The position numbers were made by a program, and so were the translations under genes. Under the pieces are notes generated by a model, which did no database searches, was not told the DNA's origin, and saw only the letters and a list, made by a program, of their open reading frames with translations. From the NCBI GenBank assembly GCA_016748015.1, contig JAAOMT010000404.1:4396-65409 (forward strand): a stretch of DNA of 61,014 bases, read 5' to 3'. Origin of the DNA: Geosiphon pyriformis uo1 (lineage: Eukaryota > Fungi > Glomeromycota). Numbering within the stretch: position 1 is the stretch's first letter; every line of letters begins with the position of its first letter. Shown here in pieces: positions 23,972-36,560 of the stretch.

Positions 23972-26900
23972 GTTTTCCAGCAGATACTTATCCATTTTGC
24001 TACCAATTTTTTCTCTTCTGGTAGTTGTTTTCTTTGGTCTAATAACAGTATATGTTTCATTATTATCAGTTATAGTGGTTTGTTTTCCAATGATCAAAGT
24101 AGCGTTTGGATAGTTTTTGATCCAATACTCATGAAAAGTATAGAAGACATTTTGTATATTTTGATTCAGAAAATAATTGTTCATGTCGATTGAAGATACC
24201 TCTGTTTTAAGAATAGTACATTTATTTATATCTGATTTTTGCTGATCATTTGGGTCAGTATTACCACAACAGGTAACCAATCAAGTTGTTTGTGATATTT
24301 CTTGAGTCATGTGCCATGAATAGGGCAATCATTGAATATTGTTTCATATTAATTTTGTAGGATATAAGAATCATTGTTCAAAACTTTGTTTACTAAAAAG
24401 AGTTCTTTCCATCAGCTAGAAAATTTATCACCATAGACATTGTCTCTATCTGAACAATATTTTAATACCAAGTCACCAATACTTAAAAAAAGTGTTTTAT
24501 AAGTTTTCTTTTTCTTAAGCTTTTTTTGAAACTGTTTTATCTTTTCAAAGGCAATTATTTGTGTTTCTACCAATGAGTCTAAAATGGTATCAAGTCTTCT
24601 TTGCAAAATGTCTTTGTAATTTTCTATTGTGATTTCTTCAAAGAGTATCATCTCAATGTTAGTTTCTATTGGTAGTGTTGCCATTCGTCCATAGAACAGA
24701 TAAAAGGGTTTATAACTTGTTATGTCATAATTCACAGTTCTATAAGCAAACAAAGCTGAAGGCAGTACTTTGTCCTATAAGTTTGTTTCTTTACTGGTTT
24801 TGGCTAAGGTTTCACATAGTGTTCTATTAAAACATTCCACTAGGCCATTTATTTGGAGGTGATAAGGAGAGGAAAGTTTGTGATGTATTCTCATTTTTCT
24901 ATAAAGTTCTTCAACCAGAGTACTGAGAAAAGTTCTTCCTTTATCAGATAATAGTTTTTTTGGGCAGCCATGACAACAAATAATATTTTCATAAATGAAA
25001 TTGGCTATTGAAACTGCTGTTTGATCTGGGGTGGCTTTTGCTTCTACTTACTTTGTAAGATAGTCAGTAGCTGTAATAATATATCTGTTCCCATCAGGAG
25101 TTATTGTTAAAGGTCTAACAATATCTATACCAATTCTGTCAAATGGTTGGCCAACAAAAATTGAATGGATATCTTTTTTGCGATTGGGTTTTCTTTTTCT
25201 TTGGCAAGTGTTACAGGTTTTGATGTACTCAGCAATGTCTTTTCCCAAGGTAGGCCAATAATAACAAGTTAAAGTTTTCTGGATTGTTTTAGTTTTTCCA
25301 AAGTGTCCAGCTAATGGATCAGTGTGCATGTTATAGATCACAATTTCTCTTTCTTCAAATCTAATAACTCTCTGGAGGTGGTCAGGATCTTTTTTATTTC
25401 TTTTATATAACTGGTTGTGGGGAAGTTACTAATAATTAAGTTGGTTTGGTTTGGGATGGTTATACTGTTACTTGGTGATGAGTTGGAAAGAGCATTGGCA
25501 TTTTGATAATTAGCTCCTTTACAATATTGAATATTATTGTCGAATTTGTTTAAGTGGAGTATTCAGTAAGCTATCCATTTATGTTCTAGCCTTTTTTTGT
25601 TGTGCAGCCAAACCAAAGCTTGGTGATCTGTTACCACCAAAAACTTCACACTAAGGAGATACTTATTCTAATAACTGATAGTCCAAATTACTGCTAAGCA
25701 TTCCTGCTCAGTAATTGAATAGTTTTTTTCTGCTGGGATAAGAGTTTTGCTGGCATATGCTATTGCATGCTCTCTGCCATCTTCATTTTTCTGTAACAGG
25801 ACAGCACCAAGTCTATAGCCAGATGTATCAGTGTGGAGGATAAAAAGTTGATCCAAATCAGGTTGCTTGAGAATTGGTTTGGTAACTAGTTTTTCCTTTA
25901 GAGTTTCAAAAGCTTTTTGCTGGTGTGTGCTCCAATGGTAGTTGACGTTTTTTTTGAGTAGCTGATTGAGTGGAAAGGCAATTTTGGAGAAATTCTTAAC
26001 AAATTTGCAATAATAGGAGGCCAAACCAAAGAAAAAGCATAATTTATGAACATTCATTGGTTGTCTTATGTTCTGAACTTTTTCCACTTTGGCTGGATTA
26101 GGGAAGATTCCATTTTTTGTAATAAGATAGCCAAGAAATTGGGTGGATTGTCTTTCAAAGAAAGATTTGATTGGGTTGATCTTGAGGCCTGCATTTCTAA
26201 GAAGATCAAAAACTTTCTGTAAATGCTCAAGATGTTCATTCTAGATTTTTGAGTATACTATTATGTCGTCCAAATAGACCAGAACAAAGTTTTCTTTTAC
26301 TGATTCAAATACTTTGTCCATTAAGTATTGAAATGTGAGAAAGGCATTGGTAAGACCAAAAAGCATGACTGTGAATTCATATGTGCCATACTTGGTGATA
26401 AAGGCAGTTTTCTTCTGACTTTCTGGATTCATCTTTACTTGCCAGAATCTAGCAGTTAGGTCAATGGTTGAGAAGAAAGCAGCATCTTTGAATTGATCTA
26501 ACATTGCATCAATTTTGGAAAGTGGGTACATGTCTCTTTCGGTAATGGCATTTAATTGGCAATAATTGACACAGAAGTGTAGAGTTCCATCTTTCTTGGA
26601 TACCACTACAACTGGAAATGCCCATTTGCTCTTAGTTTTTTGTATAAATCCAAGATCTTTCATTTGTTTTATCTCTTTCTTGATAAACTCATTATTGTGG
26701 TAATTGGATTGATAAGGCTTCAAATGGATGGAGTGGGTTTCTCTGGTGGTGATGGTGTGTTGTATCACATGAGTTTGTTCTGGGATATCATCTTCTTTTG
26801 AGATAACTGGGCTGTTTCTAGCCAACAGATTTTCAATGTCTATCTTTCTTTCTTCTGGAGAGGGTTCTTTTTGTTCTACAACTAATAATTGGATTTCAGG

Positions 26901-29900
26901 TGGTTTATTCTCAAAGGACTTCTGAACTTTTTTCAATTCTTCTCTAGATATCAAACTGATTGGTTTCCAATCTTTGTAATAGATCAGACATGATTTGCAT
27001 TTATCACTTGGAGAATACAAAGGTTGATTGCATCAGCACCAGGCACAAGGACCATGTCACTAATATCTGTACTTGGCTTTCTTGCCAGGTTTTTGGTCAA
27101 AGGTTCTTCTGAGGATATTATAGTAGGGCTATTTACAATGATTCCTTTTCTGTCAGCTTTGACATTGTCTAGTGGCTTGCCATTGCTGGTGAAGGTGATA
27201 TAAGTGAGTTTAGCAGTTTCTTCTTGTTTTTCTTGTTCTTCTTCTTTGTTGCTCTCTTTATCATCTGATTCTTCTGATTGTTCTTCTTTTTGGTTCTGCT
27301 TTGGTGCTGGAGGGGTTGTCTAGTGGTGACACTTAATCATAATGGGGTTCTCATCACATCTGATGGTTAGTTCACATAGCTCATAGTCAAGCAGTGCTTT
27401 AGCTTTCTTGAGCCATTCATAGACAACAATAATAGTGTATTCTTTAACTTTAGAAACCTCCATGTCAGTTTCAATGCTAATGTTATTGATGCGAACAGGA
27501 ACAGCTTTGGCTATGCCAAGATCTTTCTTTTTGTCACCATGCACATTGGTTATTGGTCTGGTTGAAGGCTTATTAATTTTTCTTTCAATGGCTTCCAGAA
27601 AGTGTTTGGCAATAACACTAACAGATAATCCACTGTCCAGAATCAAGTCAATAAAATAACCAGCCACTTGGGCTTTACAAATCAATGGGGTGACATTGCT
27701 GTTGTCAGCAAGTTCAGCTTGATGAAGGCATTTGTTGGTCTTTGGTGTTTTCTTCTTAGAAATCAAAGATTTATGGAAATCTTTTCTGAATTGTGGATGA
27801 GTCATTAGTTGGCCAAAGATAATATGTGCTGAGGTTTCCATGAGATCTTTGACAACAGAATAAGGGCCAGATTTTTGTACAATTTCTGGGGTTTCTAACT
27901 TTGAAGGATTTTTAAATACTTTAGTTTTTGGTGGCTCATTGTTATCAACAGTGGAAGTTGATGGTTTGTTTGGGTCTAGAACAAAATCAACCTTGGTTTT
28001 CTTTTTCTTTCTGGTTGATTCAGAAGTGTTGATTACTAGTTCATCCATGTCATGGTCATCATCAGTTAAGTTAAAAGTGTAAAAGGGGTTTTCTTCTGGT
28101 TGGCTTGCACTCTCACCCTTTTGAGATGTGTCTACCAGTTTAAAAGCTAATAAACTGTGGCTTCAACTAGGAGATCCTCTCCAAAAAAATTGATGTTTGC
28201 ATGATTGGGTCTTTGATTGGGAGCATTATTGTTATTGATTCTATTATTCTGATTGTTATTATTTCTGGAAACTGAAGGAGACAAAGAAAGATTGTTGCAA
28301 TCTCTGAAGAAGTGTCCAGTTAATCCACAGCAATAGCACACAGGTGGGCCACAATTTTGTTGTCTTTGATAAGGGGGTTGTTGAGACTGATTAAAGCAGG
28401 GTTCAAATCTGGGTCTCTGGGGTTGTTGATTTTCTCTGACTGCTTGTGCTAAGAGCTCTAATAACCAGACAAGATTTGCTGTAAGTTTGTCTATCAATTG
28501 TTCATTTGGATCTTGGGTTTGGGCAGCAAAAGAGGTTGCAGCCATTTGAGAAGCAAGAGCCATGACAGAAACAAGAGCAAAAACTGAAAGTATAGACCCC
28601 AAATGCATTCTTTGGTTGTCTTCAATTTGTTGGGCAAGTTCAATAGCCATGTTTATTGTAGGGTTATTCTTCAAAGCCAAGAGAGGCCAAAGAGCATAAA
28701 ATAAATCAGTTCTTAATCTTTTTGTGAAGAAATAAATTTTTTGCTCTTTTGTCTAATTCCTTCCAGAGTCTACATGCTTGATCAATTTTCTGATTGCTTT
28801 GGCATATTCAATTACTACTTCTCCTGGGCCTTGGGTTCTTCTTTCTAATTCCATGTGCCACTTGAATATCAAGATTAGAGTTCTGAACTTGTTTTCAAAC
28901 CAGGTTGTGAAAGAGGTGTTGTTTTTTCCAGCATTTGCTGGCATCCATCTAATGATTCTTTAATGGGCATTAGCATTAGTTTCCTGTAAGAACCATGTAG
29001 CAGAGGAGCCTTGGAGGTAGCCACTAACAATTTGAAACTTGTACTTATTATTGTATTGGTTGACTGTAACAGCTCTCTCAAAGTCATCCAATCATTTAAT
29101 TAGATCTTGGGCATCACCTCTAAATAATGGTAATGAAGTGTTGTTTCTTCACCCTAAAGCAGTCTGTATACCTTGGAAGGCAATCAGAATGTTTTGTTGT
29201 AAAGGGTCTTAAGTCATTGGTTCAGGTGTAACTGTTTGTGTGGAGTGTTCTGATTCAGATATTCAAAATTAGGGGGCTGTTGTTCAAAGATTGCAGAATA
29301 TAAAAGCTGATTGATACTGTTGTTTCTTCCTTCAAAGTTGTCTTCAAAATAAGCTTGGTCAAAGTAATAGATTATATAAGCTGTGTAGGTTTCAACTGAA
29401 TACTTGTTTAAGAACCAGTTCCAAAAGTCTTGGAATTGTCTGCTAGATTGTTCTTTAATGGGAAAGCAAATCAAGCAGGAGAGCAAAGAATTGAGTTCAA
29501 TAAAGTCTAGATTGTTTTTGTTGTGTGCTTTAAAGTGTTTTTCTGATTGTTGTGGCAGGTATAAATAATGACCCATACAATAGGAAACAAAGTGGATTTT
29601 GACAACCTCACAGGGAGCACCACTTTTATGTTACAGGTTGGAGTAACAAACTAATAGATAGCAAGGAAAAACAGGATTGTAGGGTAATAGAAATAATTAA
29701 AGAGAATTCAATTTTAAAGAGCAAATTGAATAAGTATGGATTCAATGTGTGAGATCAGTCTTATAAAATATCTCAGTTGCTATTTTTTTCAAAGGTAACT
29801 GGGGAATTTGAAGGTAGAGAGATAGTTTGTACTGTCAACAATTGATCACTACTGGTATAATTCTATGCCTCACATCAGCACTCTTAGAATTCAATATCAG

Positions 29901-29950
29901 GTATCAACTTGTGTTTTTCAGTCATGTTTATTCAAATAATCTTCAAATGC
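23971..29950 (-). mobile_element. Ty3/Gypsy element family C (no dUTPase), 3'-truncated, 5' LTR running into gap
   Basis: LTR end at 29629; PBS 29606-29622; gag with CYCCGLTGHFFRDC; LILDSG; VYLDD; RH; IN HTDPLAGH..CNTCQ; ORF3 start at 24184. Confidence 0.9.
29606..29622 (-). promoter_or_regulatory. PBS of C (TGGTGCTCCCTGTGAGG)
   Basis: Identical to the PBS of A' at 55860-55876. Confidence 0.85.
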
Positions 29951-31324
29951 NNNNNNNNNNNNNNNNNNNNNNNNNNNNNNNNNNNNNNNNNNNNNNNNNN
30001 NNNNNNNNNNNNNNNNNNNNNNNNNNNNNNNNNNNNNNNNNNNCTAATAAAAACTATGAGTTTGAACCATAACAATATTAAAAAATTAGCTTTTATTGTT
30101 TATTTAATTCTTTTTAGTTAAAAAATATAGGTTTAAATTGTTCAAGCTTTTATTTTTAAAGATTTAATATTGTTTTTAACAAAACAAATAACACAAATTT
30201 TTTTAAAATAATATATAATACAACTAAATTATATTTAAATAATTTAGAAAAAAAATTTAAAGCTTTTTTTAAATAAAGTTTAAATTTAGTGTTTAAATTA
30301 AACTTTATATCCTGTTTAAAATCTTTTTTTTTTGTTTTTGTTTTTTATTTAAATTTGGTTTTTGATTTAAAGATATTTTTAAATGTTTTTTTTTCTTTTA
30401 ATTAGTTTTTTTAATAATTTTCATAGTTTATTATTTTTGGTTTTAGTGTTTTTAATAAATATATTTATCTATTATTTTTGATTTTTAATGTTTTTATTAT
30501 AAAATTAAACAGCAACAAATATTTTAAATAAAAGACAAATAATTCTTAGTAACAAATAACATATTTTAAATAGCAAATGAGATATTTTAATAAAAAAACA
30601 AAAATTATAACAGTTAAAGTAATTTGGTTACTAAAAAAATAATATGAATTAAAAAAATATTTATAAATCAATTATCTTTGTGTTTTAATTTCGATTGAAT
30701 TTGACTGCTACAAAGAAAAAAATTAATTTTAAAAAATAAAATATCCTATTCAGTATCTATTTAAATAAAATTAATAAGATTTAATAAATTATAAAAATAT
30801 AACAAAAACATATTTATTTTCACTTTCTATTCAACCTTAACATTTTAATATTTAATATAACAATATTTTAATATAAAAGTGGCTATTAATCAATTAATTA
30901 ATTCAATTAGATTATAAATACAATGTAATTTGTATTGTTTTTAAGAAATTAATAAAAGAGTAATTCAATTTTAATAAATAAATTGAATTAGTAAAAATTC
31001 AATATATAAGATTAGTTTTATAAATATCTTAATTACTATTCTTTTCAAAAATAACAAAAAAATCTGAATAGTCCATACTATTAACAAAAATAATACACTA
31101 GTATAATTCTATGCTTTACATTAGCACTTTTAATATTAAGTATTAATTGTATTTTTCAGTAAATATTTTATTCAATATACTTTACAGAAACTAACAATTA
31201 TACAAATTAAGAAAAAAAAAAGAAATAGTAAAAAGAAAATAAAGAATTGATATTGTTGTATTAATCTAAAAATGTGAATTCGAATATAAATATCTTTTTT
31301 ACAGCTTTAAAAAGTTTTGTTTAT

Positions 31325-31437
31325 ATCAATAATTAGGTCAATAATCAGATTAGTAATCACATCAATAATTTGGTCAATGATCAAGTTAATAATCAAGTCA
31401 ATAACCAAGTCAATAATTAAGTTAATAATTATATTAA
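31325..31437. repeat. Degenerate ~12-bp tandem repeat (TCAATAATCAAG)
   Basis: About 9 visible units. Confidence 0.6.
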
Positions 31438-33610
31438 CGACTATTTCTAAAAATAAAGTGGTTAACTAATGACTTTAGTAACTAATACATATGACTAACT
31501 ATAGTTAAGTAAATAATAAAAAGCTAAAAAATAAAAAATTTAACCATAACAATATTATAAAGTTCACATTTATTCTTATTTATTTGATTAATAATAAGAA
31601 TATTTACAATTTTATAAGTAAAAACATAATATTATAAGTTTACAAATAATTTGAAAAATAAAATTTATAGATTGAAATTTACAGAAACAAAATCTATTAG
31701 TTTATTTAAAATATCAAATTTTCTATTAAACATGTTTATATATAAAATATTTGAAAAGAAAATGTTTTATAGTCAATAATTTTTACATTTAAAAATAAAC
31801 TTTTTTTAAAAATAAAACTATATATGATANNNNNNNNNNNNNNNNNNNNNNNNNNNNNNNNNNNNNNNNNNNNNNNNNNNNNNNNNNNNNNNNNNNNNNN
31901 NNNNNNNNNNNNNNNNNNNNNNNNNNNNNNNNNNNNNNNNNNNNNNNNNNNNNNNNNNNNNNNNNNNNNNNNNNNNNNNNNNNNNNNNNNNNNNNNNNNN
32001 NNNNNNNNNNNNNNNNNNNNNNNNNNNNNNNNNNNNNNNNNNNNNNNNNNNNNNNNNNNNNNNNNNNNNNNNNNNNNNNNNNNNNNNNNNNNNNNNNNNN
32101 NNNNNNNNNNNNNNNNNNNNNNNNNNNNNNNNNNNNNNNNNNNNNNNNNNNNNNNNNNNNNNNNNNNNNNNNNNNNNNNNNNNNNNNNNNNNNNNNNNNN
32201 NNNNNNNNNNNNNNNNNNNNNNNNNNNNNNNNNNNNNNNNNNNNNNNNNNNNNNNNNNNNNNNNNNNNNNNNNNNNNNNNNNNNNNNNNNNNNNNNNNNN
32301 NNNNNNNNNNNNNNNNNNNNNNNNNNNNNNNNNNNNNNNNNNNNNNNNNNNNNNNNNNNNNNNNNNNNNNNNNNNNNNNNNNNNNNNNNNNNNNNNNNNN
32401 NNNNNNNNNNNNNNNNNNNNNNNNGATACTTAATATTATTAAATTAAATTAAAAAAAAATCTCAATTAGAAATATTTTTCAAATTAAATTTTTTTAAAAC
32501 TTTTGAATTCTTATTAAATCATAACATCAAAAATTCAATTTCAAAATTCTTAAATTTACCAAAAAAACTTGATAATAAACAATAATTTTTATTTACAAGA
32601 ATCTAAATCTGAATTTTCTAGTTGAATTAACTGCTTTATAATTAACAATCCGGCTTTAATGTTCAAAATAGAATTATATAATACTATATAACACAAGAAT
32701 TTGAGTTTCATAAGATAATATTTAGTATTTAAAAGTAAAAATTTGTAAATAAAAGCAGTTTTACTATCAGTAAACAAAAATATAAACAAAAGTTTTTGGA
32801 AAGCATATTTTTATACCATTATAAAATGTAAAACATTATATTAAAAAAGTTTAAATAATCTACTACATATGAAAAAAAATTTTTTTTAAATTAGTAGTAG
32901 TAAATTTCATTGAAAAACTTTATAAAAGCTTGAATTAAAATTATCTTTTTGAATATGAAAAGTTGCTTAACAAATTTTGTGAAATAAAATAACTTTTAAT
33001 CTGAAATTTTACACAATTAAATTTTGATAAGATAAGAAACATTTTTTTCTGAACTCTGATAATATTAGCAGCAGCCTATTTTTCTCAAATAGCAATTTCA
33101 AAACAAATACCAAAAGAACTTAATGTTAACTATCATATAAAAAAGTATTTAGATAAGAGTTATATTTCTCTTAAGACTTTAATCTATTATTCAAGCTAAT
33201 TAAAAATTTAAATAACTAAGTTGTAAATTTAAGAGCTTTACTTTTAATATATTTTAATATCTTATATGAACAATTATTATTTTATTAGAAGATGAAAATT
33301 TTTATTGTTATTTATAATTTATAATTTTTAATCAGATTTTTGAATAAAATTCTGTACTTTATAAGATTATATAATAATTTATATACTGTAAAACATCTAA
33401 TTAGATTGGTAAATTTAATTAAAATATTTAAAAGTTTTTATAATAATTAAGTTAAATATAAAATAACTATAGTGAACTCTCTTTATAATTACACCTTTTA
33501 GTCAGCACATTTGTGGTGACTATAAAGAGATAGAACTATAAAAAATGATTAATATCTTATCACATGATTTTTATATCACATGCATAATATAATAACCAAT
33601 TATATATATT

Positions 33611-35170
33611 TTATTTAAAAAAGCTATCTATTTGCAACTGTTTTTTTTCTTCTTGAACTTTGAGAACAGTATTATGAATTAATGTTTTCAAAGTTTTAAA
33701 AAAGTTTGAATTAACTTTTTCACTATACTGCTCTTCACAATAGCACAATATATCTTCAAGTGCAATTTTACCTTGATATGTAGATAGCAAAAGCAAAAAT
33801 TCATCTTCATTTTTACTTTTTAAATCTTCATTTGCATTAGAATTTCCACTATACTTGTTGTTAATAAGATTCACAATTTCATCCTTTGAAGCATAAATGA
33901 ATAATAGTTCAAACTTATCAATATTAATAAAGTCTATTGTCAATAGCTTGTCAATATTAACGTGTTTAATAAGAACTTGTAGTTCTTGTAGGAGTTCTTG
34001 TTCAATATCTAATGGATGGGCTGGCATTTGACTATTATTCAGAAATCCTATATGATGCCAACAGTTTTGGATTGTAGTTGTTGTTACCACTGACCACGCA
34101 TCAATTAGAAAGTCAACCACATCCTTTAATATTATTGTTGATATTAGAATCTTGCCATTATACTGATTAATAAGATAGAAAAGAAACAACTTTTGGTATT
34201 GCATCTTAAAGGATGCAATAATTCCTGCATCTAATGGTTGCAAATGGGATGTTGTATTAGATGGTAGGTATCTAATCATATTATTAGATAATATAGAAGA
34301 TTTTCTATCATGGCAGCCAGCATTATCAAGCAATAGCAAAATCTATTTTTTCTTATGATGCATTTTTTCATTTAATAAATTAAGCCATTTACTAAAAATA
34401 TTGGTTTGCATCTATGCTTTTGTATTGTAATGATAAGTAATTGGAAGTGCATTTATATTAATATTGTGAAAACATCATGGCTTTGTGGCTTTGCCGATAA
34501 TTAAAGACTACAACTTGATGCTGTCTGTTGCATTACAAACAAAAAGTATGGTAATTTGACTCTTATCATGTTTGGTACCAGAGGTAGATCTTGTTGCCAA
34601 AGTTGTATTTGGTGGCATTCTAAAGAATAATGCTGTCTCATTGGCATTATAAACATCATTTAGATCATATTTGCTGATAATCTCATGCAGTTTTTTTCAT
34701 TTCTCTGGTAAAATTTCCAAGGAGGCACTGTTTGCTTCACCATGCATCTTAATGTGATGCAAATTATGACGTTTCTTGAACTTTTCTAACCAACTATCTA
34801 ATGCTTTAAAGTTATTTTCTTCTGGAAACTTTTCAGCAAACTTGAGAGCTTTTGTTTGTAAAATTTTTTCAGTAAAAATGCAGTTGGTAGTTAGTGCTCC
34901 GAGCATCCATTCTCTTAGTACATTATTTATCTTCAGAAACATTTCATTTTTGTTCTTTGTCAATTAACCAGAGTTGTCAGATACATTTTTTTCAATTTAT
35001 CAGTTTGATTTCGCAAGTATCTTTGTTACAATAGAGCAGTCAATCTTTAGATTAAATATTTCAATAAGTTTATTTGCTGAGTAGTCAGGATGCTCTAGTT
35101 TGTACTGGCAGAGAGCCTTTTTAGTCTCTAAGGAGATTGCTGCTCGCTTTTGGTTCATGTTTTTTGGCAT
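33611..35170 (-). pseudogene. pogo-family transposase (N-terminal HTH, CENP-B-type HTH, DDE_1), disrupted
   Basis: KRAAISLETKKALC, WLEKFKKRHNL, YNANETALF, LLLDNAGCH..LPSNTTSHLQPLDAGII (DD31D spacing). Confidence 0.92.
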
Positions 35171-35554
35171 GTTAATAAGAACACACTTTTTATTGTATTT
35201 TGCTTTTATAATGCATTAATGTATCTGTTATGTCTCAAACATCATTTTGTCTTATATTTAATTGGACATATGAGGTGTCTTATGTCATATGAGGTGCCTT
35301 AAATTATAAAAAGTGGCCAAATTATAAAAATAAAGGTTTTAATTTAACTGTAGGATTCTAAGTGCAAATGACAGATTCTTGGTAAAAAGAAACCTAATTT
35401 TGATAATATATTTGTGACACTTTTTGCCTCTTACTCTCAACTGATGATTAATAATGAAGACTGTTAATTTGATCCTCCACATACTTGCATAATTGCATAG
35501 AAGATAGCACAATGTTATGTTGTCAAGCTTTCTAAACACAGCAACACCCATATC

Positions 35555-36560
35555 AATTGGAATATCGATATAAAATACTTTATACAATGTCAGAGATATC
35601 AGAGTGAAAGTCAACTGCAGTTTTTTAAAAAATGTCTTAATTATCATAAGTCATGGAATTCAATATGTAATATATATAGGCATGCAATGGCTTCCAAATT
35701 AATGTGGTCATATGTTGTTTCTAAGAAAAATCTATCTGTTAAAGATTACTTAGAATAGACCCAAAATGAAACAGATCTCATGTTCAGGTTAAAGTATGAA
35801 CAAGTCTTTTTTTATTTACAAGCAATTATTAACTTTTACACTGGAGTTTGTTTCAATAGGTCTTCATTAAGACTTACGGCTAAACAAATGTTTGCACCAA
35901 TTTGGTCTGCTCGGTGTCATCCTATTTACCAATTAATTGAAATTGCTGATGAAAAACAATAGCTATAATTAAAGCCTGAAGTTTGCAAGCTGATTCAAGA
36001 AAGAATTGTAATTTCTTGATCTAAACTTTCAAATCAACATTAAGGCCATGATGCAATACTTAAAGAAATTAACAAAATGCTCAAATTGTTGATTTTTTCT
36101 ACACCTTCACAATGGCATTGGAAAATTGCAGCACATAACTGTATCAAATTTGAGAGATTGTATATTAATCTCTTTAATGTCATCAGATATTCTAAAAGTA
36201 AAATATACAGGTCTTGTACACGTTTTAGCTTTATTGCTGAATTAAATCGATTTCGAGTTCAGATAAAAAAAACACAGTTTGTAAATCTAAATGTTTTTAA
36301 TCATGTTTTTCATGATATTGGTTATAAATAAATATTAAGCAAAGAAATGAAAAAATTCAGTAAAATTGCATGGATGAAAAGAATAGATTTTCTTAAAACA
36401 AAGCAAATTAAAGAAACATTGTTAGATACTTGGAAACCAATTCCAGTAACAAGTAAAGAAGCAGATCATCAAAAAATGTAAATCTGTTAATAAAATCACA
36501 ATTATTACCTATTATTAATTCTTTAATACCTCTTTTAAGTGATCATGTTTTTGAAGCTTA
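35555..36560 (+). pseudogene. Cargo fragment: C-terminal part of a putative DDE transposase-like (DUF6589-like) gene; mirror copy at ~22640-23650 (-)
   Basis: NW.ID..F..Q.Y.SE.QL.FFKKC.(D)HHKSW, FAPIWSAR.HPIY, HQGHD..LKEINK..K; family assignment from memory. Confidence 0.5.
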
